DNA of 41,228 nt, taken from contig VBNP01000025.1 in NCBI GenBank assembly GCA_005877965.1, positions 1 through 41,228 on the forward strand, read 5' to 3'. This DNA is from Gammaproteobacteria bacterium (GTDB taxonomy: Bacteria > Pseudomonadota > Gammaproteobacteria > Steroidobacterales > Steroidobacteraceae). Shown one piece after another: positions 9,837 through 18,321 of the stretch. The stretch's first letter is position 1. The number at the start of each line of letters is the position of its first letter. Position numbers and translations under genes: made by a program. The notes under the pieces are model-generated. The model worked only from the letters and a program-made list of their open reading frames with translations, did not search any database and was not told where the DNA came from.

Positions 9837-10937
9837 CTAGCAAACCTCCCGGGCCCGCGCGGCGGCAGGAATCGCCTGTCGCAGCAGCTCCGGACCCACT
9901 CCGGGGGCCCGCGCACCTTCACTCAAAGTGCGCCGGTAGTCGCGTGCCCCGGGCTCGCCGCTGTACAAGCCGAGCATGTGGCGCGTGATGGCGGCGAGGT
10001 GCCCGCCGGCGGCGAGCTCGCGCTCGGCGTAACGCTGCATGCGCGCGATGAGCGCCTCGCGGGTGGGTGCGACGCCGGCACCGGGACGCAGCGCGCACCG
10101 CAACTCGGCGAGCACGTACGGCCGGTGGTAGGCCTCGCGCCCGAGCATGACGCCGTCGCACCAGCTGAGCGCCTCGAGCACCGCGGGCGGCTCGCGCAGA
10201 CCGCCGTTGACCACGATCGGCAATGATGGGAATGCCGCCTTCAGCCGCCGCACGATCTCGTAGCGCAGTGGCGGGATCTCGCGGTTGTCCTTAGGTGACA
10301 GGCCACCCAACACCGCCTCGCGGGCATGCACGATGGCGGCCTGGCAGCCGCCATCGCGCACGCTGCTCACGAAGTGACACAGGGCCTCGAAATCGCTCTC
10401 ATCGAACTGCGCCACGCTGCCGTGCGCTCCCGGCTCCGCGCCATTCACCACGCCGATCCGCATTTTGACCGTGACCGGCACGCGCACCGCCGCGCGCATT
10501 GCGGCCACGCACTCGGCAACCCGGGCGGGCTCGTGCATCAGGCAGGCGCCGAAGGCGCCGCTGGCGACGCGGTCGCTCGGACAACCGCAGTTCAGGTTGA
10601 TCTCGTCGTAGCCAGCCTGCTCGCCGGCGCGTGCCGCCGCCGCGAGCTCGCGAGGCTCGCTGCCACCCAACTGCAGCGCGACCGGGTGCTCTTCGGGGTC
10701 GAACGCCAGCAATCGCGCGCCGTCACCGCGCACGATGGCCGCCGCGGTGATCATCTCGCTGTACAGCAGCACATCGGGCGAGAAGCCGCGCAGGAAGTAG
10801 CGGCAATGGCGGTCGGTCCAGTCCATCATGGGAGCGACTGAGATCCGCCGATCGAGCTTTTCAGCCTTTTGATCGGAGGAAATGCCTATTTTTGTAGGCG
10901 TTTCTGCGAGCGGCGTTTCTGGGGGATTCTGGGCCAT
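9837..10937 (-). CDS. dusA: tRNA dihydrouridine(20/20a) synthase DusA
   Basis: The 366-aa product has RISVAPMMDWTDRHCRYFLR near the N-terminus and a TIM-barrel Dus core (LNCGCPS, VTVKMRIG). The first ~35 codons (10836-10937) lie beyond the repeated core and may be supplied by an inserted element. Confidence 0.9.
   Translation of the reverse strand: MAQNPPETPLAETPTKIGISSDQKAEKLDRRISVAPMMDWTDRHCRYFLRGFSPDVLLYSEMITAAAIVRGDGARLLAFDPEEHPVALQLGGSEPRELAAAARAGEQAGYDEINLNCGCPSDRVASGAFGACLMHEPARVAECVAAMRAAVRVPVTVKMRIGVVNGAEPGAHGSVAQFDESDFEALCHFVSSVRDGGCQAAIVHAREAVLGGLSPKDNREIPPLRYEIVRRLKAAFPSLPIVVNGGLREPPAVLEALSWCDGVMLGREAYHRPYVLAELRCALRPGAGVAPTREALIARMQRYAERELAAGGHLAAITRHMLGLYSGEPGARDYRRTLSEGARAPGVGPELLRQAIPAAARAREVC
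10817..10835 (-). repeat. dusA 5' core, copy A (within the functional dusA; candidate att crossover region)
   Basis: TCCAGTCCATCATGGGAGC is identical to copy B at 18 of 19 positions. Beyond this core, similarity to B and C drops to roughly 60-70%, although the encoded peptide (RRI[SA]VAPMMDWT) is preserved. Confidence 0.6.
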
Positions 10938-11068
10938 TGGGGGGAGTTTATCGGTTGCCCAGGCGAGGTAAAGGCGACAGGAATCCCATGTCGCCTCCGA
11001 GCTCGCGATGAGCCCTGCCCCGATCGCGGTCTGCGAGTGCGGATGGCACGCTCCGCCGGCGCATCGAG

Positions 11069-11275
11069 CTACTTTCGGAGCTCGCGGTTCGCGTCGGCCC
11101 AGCCCATGGGCTGCTCGGCGCCGGATTCACAGCGCTGCTGCGTCTCGTTCAGAGCCGGTTCGTGCCAGGGCGGCGATTCGTAGCAGTCACCCTCGCGCGT
11201 AATGGAGTCCCACAGCTCCTCGAGCGTGCGCAGACTCTCTTCCCAGGACATCCGTTCGATCGCGGGTGTGGTCAT
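11069..11275 (-). CDS. putative addiction-module antitoxin component (TIGR02574-like), orphan
   Basis: The 68-aa product reads MSWEESLRTLEELWDSI...W...NRELRK. This matches the characteristic L..LaeeLWDSl ... W.ev pattern of that small antitoxin family. No intact RelE/ParE partner lies downstream. Confidence 0.65.
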   Translation of the reverse strand: MTTPAIERMSWEESLRTLEELWDSITREGDCYESPPWHEPALNETQQRCESGAEQPMGWADANRELRK

Positions 11276-11284
11276 ATCTCAAGC

Positions 11285-11602
11285 CTATTCGGCGGCCGTG
11301 CCGGGCACCGATGGCGGCCGCACCTCGATGATACTCATCATCCCGTGGTCCTCGTGCTCGGCCCCTCGGGCGTCATGAAGCAGAACATCATCTCCCAGCA
11401 GACACCGCGGATGCGGCCACGCTTGGCGCGGACCCGACTTGACGTTGAGCGCGGCGCTGCAGCTGGCTTGCGCGCCTGTTGCGGCGAGCGGCGGACCGCT
11501 GAATTGCCGTTCGAGCTGCACACAAACCTCATCGCCGACGCCCGTGCTGCTGCCCGTGGCGGGAATTCTGTAAGCGATCCCGAATTCCGAGCGTCGCGGC
11601 AC
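11285..11602 (-). CDS. hypothetical protein (weak call)
   Basis: This is a 105-aa ORF ending 10 nt before the antitoxin-like gene. By hand count, third-position GC is about 74% in this frame and about 72% in the antisense frame, so it does not discriminate. I recognise no family, and there is no signal peptide. Confidence 0.3.
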   Translation of the reverse strand: MPRRSEFGIAYRIPATGSSTGVGDEVCVQLERQFSGPPLAATGAQASCSAALNVKSGPRQAWPHPRCLLGDDVLLHDARGAEHEDHGMMSIIEVRPPSVPGTAAE

Positions 11603-11644
11603 ACCTATTGCTCCAGGGTGATCGTACGACTGCGGCGCGCTGGG

Positions 11645-12304
11645 TCAGAAGGCATATGCCGCACCCGCAAGAAAGTCGAACTGGAAGAACGAGGAACCCC
11701 GTACCCGCACCTGGCAGAGAGCACCGCTCCGATCCGAGCGGCAGAAGAACGCACTATCCGTATTAAGCGGCGTGAGAAGGCCGCGTCCTTCGAGGCGCAG
11801 CGAGAAATGGGGACTCACCGGCACGCGCAGGCCGAGTGCGAGAGATACCGAAAAACGCGTGTCTTCGTGACCGAGAGCAGCATCCGGGCTGAACCGCGTG
11901 ATCCCGAGACCGCCCGCGAGATAAGGCTTCACGCGCTGCGCCTCATCGAGCGCCACGGCGCCGCCGATGTGCAGATATTCCACGTCCATGCTGACGGGGG
12001 CGAGCGCATCTGCGCGCAGCACCGTGGACTGCCGACCGTAGAACAACTCGTATTGGCCGGATTCCTCGGCACGCGCATCGAGCGTGAGCGCGAAGGAGCC
12101 GTGGTCATCGAGCTCGACGTGCTGGCCGGCGTCGATCAGCTTGAAGCTGCCACCGACGCGGTAACCGATGAACGGAGTCACTTCAAACTGCTGCGCCTCG
12201 CGCGCGGGCCGCTCCGCCGTCGCGGGCGCGCTCGCGACCACGGCGCCGAGGAGCAACACGGTACGCAGTGCACCGCGCCAGCCTGATGTGCGCGCGCGCG
12301 TCAT
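11645..12304 (-). CDS. outer-membrane beta-barrel protein (OmpA-like beta-barrel/OmpW-like size)
   Basis: It has a signal peptide (MTRARTSGWRGALRTVLLLGAVVASAPATA), alternating beta-strand pattern and a C-terminal AAYAF ending in Phe. I start it at the ATG at 12304. Confidence 0.75.
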   Translation of the reverse strand: MTRARTSGWRGALRTVLLLGAVVASAPATAERPAREAQQFEVTPFIGYRVGGSFKLIDAGQHVELDDHGSFALTLDARAEESGQYELFYGRQSTVLRADALAPVSMDVEYLHIGGAVALDEAQRVKPYLAGGLGITRFSPDAALGHEDTRFSVSLALGLRVPVSPHFSLRLEGRGLLTPLNTDSAFFCRSDRSGALCQVRVRGSSFFQFDFLAGAAYAF

Positions 12305-12389
12305 CCCTCGTGAGCTCTCCTGGTCATGCGCTCTCACCCACACAACTGCCCTTGCGCCTCAGACTCGGCGGCTGCGGCTCGGCGCAAGG

Positions 12390-12857
12390 CTACTGCGGCT
12401 TGGCGACCATCAGCCAGAACACCAAGACCACGGCGGTGAACGCTGGCACGCCCAGCCAAAACCACAAGCGCGCGTACGCGCGATACCGTGAGCTGATCGA
12501 CGTACCCTCGCGTACCGACGTCCGGGCGAGGTCTCGCATCCGAAGCTGTAACCACACAACCGGAACCCAGCAAATGCCGGCGAGGCAGAACAACGCGATA
12601 GACCATGCGAGCCAGCCGTGGTTCAGTGGATAGCCAAGCAACCTCGCCAGCGCAAGGCCGGTCAGCGCCTGAACCACAATCGCGGGTAGTGTGAATAGCC
12701 AGTCAGCCAGCACGACTTTATCGGAGACCACCTGGATGGCCGCGGCATTTTCGGTGCGGTCAGTGATCCACTTGAAGAATGCGATTCCGAGGCCGGTCCC
12801 GAATAACACGGCTGCGCTGGTAACGTGGATCGCCTTGAGCAAGAGATAGGAGTTCAT
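12390..12857 (-). CDS. DUF2269 family integral membrane protein
   Basis: The 155-aa product has four hydrophobic helices. The N-terminus LLKAIHVTSAAVLFGTGLG is typical of DUF2269. Its start overlaps the stop of the upstream saccharopine-dehydrogenase-like gene by 4 nt. Confidence 0.8.
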   Translation of the reverse strand: MNSYLLLKAIHVTSAAVLFGTGLGIAFFKWITDRTENAAAIQVVSDKVVLADWLFTLPAIVVQALTGLALARLLGYPLNHGWLAWSIALFCLAGICWVPVVWLQLRMRDLARTSVREGTSISSRYRAYARLWFWLGVPAFTAVVLVFWLMVAKPQ

Positions 12858-13928
12858 TGCACCGTTTCGCTGATATCAAGCTCGCAAAGGGGTTCGAGAA
12901 ACTCTTCGACGGTCAATAAACCCATGCAGGGCATTGCCCCGGCCGGCAGTTGCGCGCCCGATGCGATCTTCCTCGCCAAGGCAATGGCGGCTCCGCACGG
13001 AATATGCGGCCCGTGATTTCGCTGGGCAATCAATGTCCACGTGATGTTCAGCGGCGCTTCGTCCGAACCTCGACCATCGAGTCTGACGAACATTCCTCCC
13101 TTGTCGCTGATGACCGGCTCCATCCATCGGCTGATGCGATTCAGCGGCATGGCAAAGGCACCCATGCCAGGCAAGATCCCGGCCTTCACAAGTCGAGCCA
13201 ACGTCCAAACCACCAGATGACCCACGTCGCTTGCGAACCCCGCTTGGAAGGAAACGGTTTTCACCGTGGGATATCGCAGTGGAAACAACTCGAGGTCGGG
13301 GATGTCGCAGCTTCCAAGCCACCGCTTTCCAAGCGGTTGCGGAAATCGATGCCTGCGCAAATCCAACCAGCCGTAGGCGTCCACCCATGCGCCGTTTTGC
13401 AAGGAGCGGAACGGCCTTCCGCCGTAACTGAAGATACCTTTGACCGTGGCCAATCCGGGGGCACGCGCCCCTGAACTTATACCGATATGAATCGAATCGA
13501 GCCGCCGAAACCTCCCCAGATACCGGTCTACCACCGCTGACGACAACGCCGGAACCGAACTCGCACCGCTAATCACACTCACACCGCTTGCCAAGGCCGA
13601 GGCATTGAGAGAGTCGATGCCGCCGACGAAGTGGCGACCGTCAGCCAAATCAACATAGTGACAACGCGCCTCGATCGCGGCGCGCGCAACCGAGTAATCC
13701 TGGCCTTGAAAGGGCCCTGCGGTGTGGATAAGGGTGTCGACCTGCATGCGAGCCAACGACCGCGCGAGATTGACGTCACGAGCGTCGATTGCGATCGCCT
13801 GTTCGGAGGGTAGACCCACTGCGTGGGCTGCGGCAGTAGCCCGACCTAAGGGACGGAGTCGACGCCAGGGCCGCGCCGATGCGCTGGCCGAAGAATCCGT
13901 AGCCTCCGAGCACCAGAACCGTCTGCAT
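12854..13928 (-). pseudogene. saccharopine dehydrogenase-like NAD(P)-binding protein, frameshifted near codon 25-30
   Basis: The Rossmann N-terminus MQTVLVLGGYGFFGQRIGAALAS starts at the ATG at 13928 in one frame. That frame stops after about 50 codons. The rest of the protein (...GRATAAAHAVGLPSEQAIAIDARD...HTAGPFQGQDY...) is in the frame offset by 1 nt. Total length is 1075 nt, which is not a multiple of 3. Confidence 0.65.
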
Positions 13929-14108
13929 TAGCGCCCGTCGCCGCCGCCAGGCCTTCGGGTGCGCTCCGTTTGGGATCCTTCGCCCGCTCGCGCGTTCTTG
14001 GAGGCGCCGGCTGAGTCGCAGTTCGACAATGGCAGGGGAACGTAGCAGGCCGTCCGACGCCCGAACCAGCGGTATCGGTTACCATGCTGGGCCAACAGCG
14101 CTTCATAC

Positions 14109-15572
14109 CTAGTGCGCGTGCATTCTGGCCATAAAGGCGAGCGCCTCATCCAGATCCCTCGGAGTGATCGCGTCGTCACGCCAGTATTCGCCGAAAAGAA
14201 AGGCAGCCGCAGTCTGGCCAGTCTGAGAACACACGGTGGCAAGTGCACGTGCCAGCGCACCGCTTTCGAGATGCTTTTCCATTATTGGCTGCGCTCTTGC
14301 CACCAACGCCTGGGCTGCAGCGATGTCACGCTGCGAGCTGTACAAATACGCAAGGCCCGACCAGGAGCGCAGATAGTCCGGATCAAGGCTTATGGCACGC
14401 TCGTACGCGTCCTTGGCACGCCGACTCAACGTGTCGGAGTCCACTCCAATCGACGCCTGCCTTGCCGACACTTCGCGCGCGAGTTGGGACAAAACCTCGC
14501 CGCTGTCGGCAAGTGCCGCTGCAGAAGGAGTGGATAATGCATCAAGCTTGTCCACGGCCCCTAGCGAAGCGCCGAAATTACCCTCCTGCAGATTCGCGCG
14601 TGCCAAGACGCGCAGCGATAGCTCACTGTTGGGATCTCCCTGGAGCGCCTCCGAGGCCAAGCGCAAGGCATTGGCCCGACGCTGCCACTGCAGGCTCAGG
14701 TCCGCCAGCCTGGCTTTGGTCTCGGCCTCAGGTAGCTTCCGCGGCTGTTCGTTATCCGCCGGTTCGCGCGGCACCTCCACGACGAAGACGTGCGCTGGCT
14801 CTTTCATCGCGCCCACTAACAGCTTATCCAGATCCTCATAACTGAACTTGAAACTTGCGGCAAACGCATCCGCTTCACTCTTGCCGTCCTGCATGAGACC
14901 CAGGTAACGCCCGAACTCATCCCGCAGCTTCCCTTCGACATACACCTCGCGCGCCAAGTACCAGCTCTCCGCTTCAAACAGGCTCTTGAAGCCAGATGAG
15001 CCGCGCAGTTGCGGATCGCTGCCTTGCACGCGCAACAAGATGCGCATCGGAATGAGTTTGGCCCCCAGCAGCGTCTGCGCAAACCCGGCAGATACGCCGC
15101 CGGTCTTTACCCGCCCCGACTCGAACTCGGTGTGGGCGAACAACTGCGGCACGCCAACCTGGAACCAATAGGGGGAGCGCGATGCCCGCCCATTCACCAA
15201 AAGGCTTCCGGTATAGCCGAACAGCGCACCCCAATACCGATTGTTCGAATCAGCCCCGGTATCGGTGATCACCGAGACCTCGTACCCGGAAAACTTAAAG
15301 GAGACCACGCCTACCTCGCCGAGCAGTTCCTTTTCCTGCTTGGGCGGCAGCTCGTAGATGTGAGTGGGAACGTGTTTTTCTGACAGCCGCAGAATGCGGG
15401 TGAGTGCCTTGTCGAAACGGGCTAGGTCGTGAGCTAGCGATACGGTATAGCCGCTGCCAGCGGCTGTAGTGACGTCGAAGTTTTTATACACGTAGCTCCA
15501 GTAGTCCTCGGCAATGGCAGCGTGGCTCACGGGGCAGAGCAACAAAGCGGCGTGGATGCTGGCACGTTGCAT
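14109..15572 (-). CDS. secreted hypothetical protein with C-terminal TPR-like repeats
   Basis: The 487-aa product has a signal peptide (MQRASIHAALLLCPVSHAAIA). The N-terminal ~270 aa match no family I recognise. The C-terminal half is helical and TPR-like (AKDAYERAISLDPDYLRSWSGLAYLY). Confidence 0.7.
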   Translation of the reverse strand: MQRASIHAALLLCPVSHAAIAEDYWSYVYKNFDVTTAAGSGYTVSLAHDLARFDKALTRILRLSEKHVPTHIYELPPKQEKELLGEVGVVSFKFSGYEVSVITDTGADSNNRYWGALFGYTGSLLVNGRASRSPYWFQVGVPQLFAHTEFESGRVKTGGVSAGFAQTLLGAKLIPMRILLRVQGSDPQLRGSSGFKSLFEAESWYLAREVYVEGKLRDEFGRYLGLMQDGKSEADAFAASFKFSYEDLDKLLVGAMKEPAHVFVVEVPREPADNEQPRKLPEAETKARLADLSLQWQRRANALRLASEALQGDPNSELSLRVLARANLQEGNFGASLGAVDKLDALSTPSAAALADSGEVLSQLAREVSARQASIGVDSDTLSRRAKDAYERAISLDPDYLRSWSGLAYLYSSQRDIAAAQALVARAQPIMEKHLESGALARALATVCSQTGQTAAAFLFGEYWRDDAITPRDLDEALAFMARMHAH

Positions 15573-15602
15573 GGTGTTGCCTCCCGCGGTTGTCGAAGCC
15601 GC

Positions 15603-16886
15603 TCAGAGTCCGACCCCGGGCACCGCATAGGCGCGAATACGACCGTATGCGCCTACCGCCTGGCGGATCTCCGGCCGGCTGCGCACGGCCTTTTGTCGCT
15701 CGCGCCAGCCGATCGCTCGTGCAGGACCCGGGTTGTCCGCGTAATCCTGCAATTCCACCAGCGCATCGGTTCGCAGGTCGGGATCGGAGAGCCGTGCAAC
15801 GAGGGTGGCGGCGGCCTCGTCTTCTCTTCCGGCAATGATCAAGGCGCTTTCACGGGTGCCCGGATAGTCCTGCGCGTGAGCGCGCAGGTCATCCAGCGCC
15901 GCCTCGAGGCCGGCCGCATCATCGAGTTCCGAGGCGACCACCACCCGCACCCAGGCAGCGACAGCGTGTCCATACACGCTCGCGTGTTCAAGAGGCGGAA
16001 TGGCGGCCAGCGCCTCCTGCGGACGATTCAGCGCCGCGAGGAAGCTCGCAAGATTGAGCGAATGGCTGACCAGATCCTCGCTTGATTCCTGGCAGGCGCG
16101 GCGCAGGAGCGCGACCGTCTCATCGTACCGTCCGAGTGCGCTCAAGGCACGTGCGCGCACGTTGAGAATCCACGGAAACTCCCGCTGCAGATCTTCGTAG
16201 GGAGAGGACTCAGGAGTTGCCGCCTGCTTACCCTGCAGCACCGGATCGGTCAGTTTCAGAACCTCGTCATAGCGATGCAGCAGCATGAACCCCCGGGCGA
16301 CCTGCACAACCCGACTGAGATCGCGCGGCCGCTGCCTGGCTGCAGCCTGGCGCTGTTCGAGTTCTTTCCGGGTGGCTTTGAGGATGTCTCGCTCCACAAA
16401 CTCTGATTTTGCGATGCGCTTGTAACGGTTGTCGGCCTGCAAACCAACCAAGGCGTAAGGATCGGTGATGTGTGCCGCAACCGCAAAGGCTTCCTGCTGC
16501 CGGTTGTGTTCCAGAAGATCCAGACTAAGCTGCAGCCACCAGCGGCTGGGTTCGCTGCCGTCACTGTGCAGCCACCGCAGCTCATAGAGCATTTGCAGCA
16601 GTTCAATGCGTGATCGCCCGAGTCGCGCCGGCTCGGACTCGCTGACCGCTTGTTCGATAAGGCGATGCGGCAGCGTGTTTAGTGCCCAGGTCCAGCGGCG
16701 GCCGATCGTCGTGACACAGAGGAGCTCATCGGCAGCATCGTGATGTTTCGCGGCCGCGGCTAACCGATCACTCCACTGTTTGTACTCGGCGGTGGCCTCC
16801 TCACTCGCACAGGCAATCGCAGAATATCCGTATACCAGCGTCGCCATTGTGAAGGCGGACGCGAGCACCGAGGCGCGCCGCCCCAC
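15603..16886 (-). CDS. secreted hypothetical helical-repeat protein
   Basis: The ORF is open to 17027. A GTG at 16886 gives a plausible signal peptide (GRRASVLASAFTMATLVYGYSAIACA/SEE). The rest is helical-repeat/TPR-like. It ends 30 nt upstream of the start of the next gene in the operon (14109-15572). Confidence 0.55.
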   Translation of the reverse strand: MGRRASVLASAFTMATLVYGYSAIACASEEATAEYKQWSDRLAAAAKHHDAADELLCVTTIGRRWTWALNTLPHRLIEQAVSESEPARLGRSRIELLQMLYELRWLHSDGSEPSRWWLQLSLDLLEHNRQQEAFAVAAHITDPYALVGLQADNRYKRIAKSEFVERDILKATRKELEQRQAAARQRPRDLSRVVQVARGFMLLHRYDEVLKLTDPVLQGKQAATPESSPYEDLQREFPWILNVRARALSALGRYDETVALLRRACQESSEDLVSHSLNLASFLAALNRPQEALAAIPPLEHASVYGHAVAAWVRVVVASELDDAAGLEAALDDLRAHAQDYPGTRESALIIAGREDEAAATLVARLSDPDLRTDALVELQDYADNPGPARAIGWRERQKAVRSRPEIRQAVGAYGRIRAYAVPGVGL

Positions 16887-17063
16887 CGAGGCCCAATGCG
16901 GTGCCTTGTTTGTTTGAGGTCTGTCGGACAGTTCATCCCAAAACCCCAATTCGCCTAGACAAGCAGTAACTATGCCCCTCCCGGGCAAGCTGCCGAAATC
17001 TGAGGTGACGTAAAGGTGACAAGCCATTCTTTGGGCCTACAAGTGATTGATTCGACAACCTCA

Positions 17064-17159
17064 TTAGACTTCGTTGGTCCAGTCCATCATCGGAGCCACG
17101 GCGATGCGGCGATCTAACTTCGACGCGCCGACGGAGTTACTATTCAGACGCGTCGTCAT
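17064..17159 (-). pseudogene. displaced dusA 5' fragment with its own ATG (31 codons; contains repeat copy B at 17078-17126)
   Basis: It translates as MTTRLNSNSVGASKLDRRIAVAPMMDWTNEV-stop. The ATG at 17159 lies inside the last codons of the nucleotidyltransferase gene. The DusA sequence ends right after the MMDWT core. Confidence 0.55.
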
Positions 17160-17766
17160 CCAGACCCTTGCCGGAGTCACGCTCTAACTCGCTGCGCTTC
17201 GACGAGTCATGCTTCTCAGCTGCCCGCTCCTCGAGACCTCGCTCGGCGTGAAAGTCGCGGGTGATCTGGTCGCGCATTCGACTGCGCAATTGCTGGTCAA
17301 TTTGGGTCTGGTCCAGCAATGTAAACAATCGCTCCTCGGAAACGATTCCGCGACGAGCAAGTTCACGTGTGAATATCAGGTCCTTCTCGCGCGCCGCGGC
17401 ATACTTTGCGATAGCGAGGTCATGAGGATCGAGGCACAGCCCTCTCACGCCCTCGGTCTCGCCGGGAGGCAAGTTCACCAAACGCTCTTTCCAGCCCTTC
17501 GGAAGGGTCGCAGTGTTCAAGTCAACCGGGTCAGCGTAGTAGCCGAGACTTTCGTGAAACGGTGAATCGACCCCTATTACGTTGAGCCATTCGGTTCGAT
17601 CTGCATTTTTCGACGCGACCAGATCCACCTCAAACGACGTGAGGATCTCGTCGGCAATATCCGGGTACTTTCCGTGGAGAGACTGGCTCCCAATAATGAT
17701 GAACTGCTTTTCGCCAGTGATGCGGCCAGCAGCGCGCAGCACATGATCAACCTGCTGCTTCTTCAT
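17140..17766 (-). CDS. Pol-beta-fold nucleotidyltransferase-like protein (DUF6036-like), putative TA toxin component
   Basis: The 208-aa product has FIIIGSQSLHG...EVDLV (an hG[SG] ... [DE]xD nucleotidyltransferase signature), GYYADPV..TATLPKGW and a C-terminal AKYAAAREKD helix. Its start overlaps the upstream AbrB-type gene by 20 nt. Confidence 0.7.
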   Translation of the reverse strand: MKKQQVDHVLRAAGRITGEKQFIIIGSQSLHGKYPDIADEILTSFEVDLVASKNADRTEWLNVIGVDSPFHESLGYYADPVDLNTATLPKGWKERLVNLPPGETEGVRGLCLDPHDLAIAKYAAAREKDLIFTRELARRGIVSEERLFTLLDQTQIDQQLRSRMRDQITRDFHAERGLEERAAEKHDSSKRSELERDSGKGLDDDASE

Positions 17767-18187
17767 TTAATTTTCTGACTTGCTCTTTCGGAAGTAATCC
17801 GACGAACGGCGCCGATTGTCGAAGTCGGACCGCGTTCTCGTCACGGCCGAGCATTGCGGCGAAGAGTTCTCCATCGTCTAGCCCCTCCGCAATGTCTTGC
17901 CATTCTTTGTAAGCCGCACCCCAAACACCCTGTCGTCTCCAACGATGGAGGTTCGCGAGAATCTGCGCGCGTATTTCGCGGGGCGTGAACCGGCGTACGA
18001 CCTCAAGAGCCATGGTTCGCCTGAGCTCGTCCAATTCATGGTGCATGAAGCCCCCCCGCCCAGCGGGACGAAGGCCGTGTTCCGTCAGGTGCAGAGCGTC
18101 GCCCTCGCCCACGCCCCACGCGTCGAGCGTTGCCTTCGGAAGTAAGACCCCGAGGGAATTTCCGATACGTCGTACAGCAACTTTCAT
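17747..18187 (-). CDS. AbrB/MazE/SpoVT-family DNA-binding protein with ~100-aa C-terminal extension, putative antitoxin
   Basis: MKVAVRRIGNSLGVLLPKATLDAWGVGEGDALHL is a typical swapped-hairpin AbrB/MazE N-domain. I start it at the ATG at 18187. The longer track ORF (to 18343) only adds the dusA remnant MAPMMYWTD. Confidence 0.8.
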   Translation of the reverse strand: MKVAVRRIGNSLGVLLPKATLDAWGVGEGDALHLTEHGLRPAGRGGFMHHELDELRRTMALEVVRRFTPREIRAQILANLHRWRRQGVWGAAYKEWQDIAEGLDDGELFAAMLGRDENAVRLRQSAPFVGLLPKEQVRKLNEEAAG

Positions 18188-18193
18188 AGTGCA

Positions 18194-18222
18194 ATTATAA
18201 CATGTTATTACATCTACGGCAA
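18194..18222 (-). promoter_or_regulatory. sigma70-like promoter of the AbrB-type gene, predicted leaderless; overlaps the 12-bp palindrome ATAACATGTTAT (18197-18208)
   Basis: The minus strand reads TTGCCG-17 nt-TATAAT-tgcact-ATG. With the -10 ending 6 nt before the ATG, the transcript would start at or next to the start codon. A perfect palindrome spans the spacer and the -10. Confidence 0.5.
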
Positions 18223-18321
18223 AATGTCCGGCAGATTGAATACCGGGGCGACGTAAAGGAGACACGGGCGTTTCGCGCCTGTCCAAGCACATGATTCCAC
18301 GCGGGAAATCAACTCCGTCCG

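Noticed and set aside
10938-11068. Possible truncated RelE/ParE toxin remnant downstream of the orphan antitoxin (one frame reads LDAPAERAIRT...).
   Set aside because: Only a handful of residues are vaguely reminiscent of a toxin. The similarity is far too short and weak to call without a profile search.
11162-12286. 374-aa plus-strand ORF spanning the antitoxin-like, hypothetical and OMP genes.
   Set aside because: It is antisense to an OMP that has a signal peptide and a C-terminal Phe. Its composition is Arg-rich and it has no recognisable domain. I checked it for integrase-like motifs and found none.
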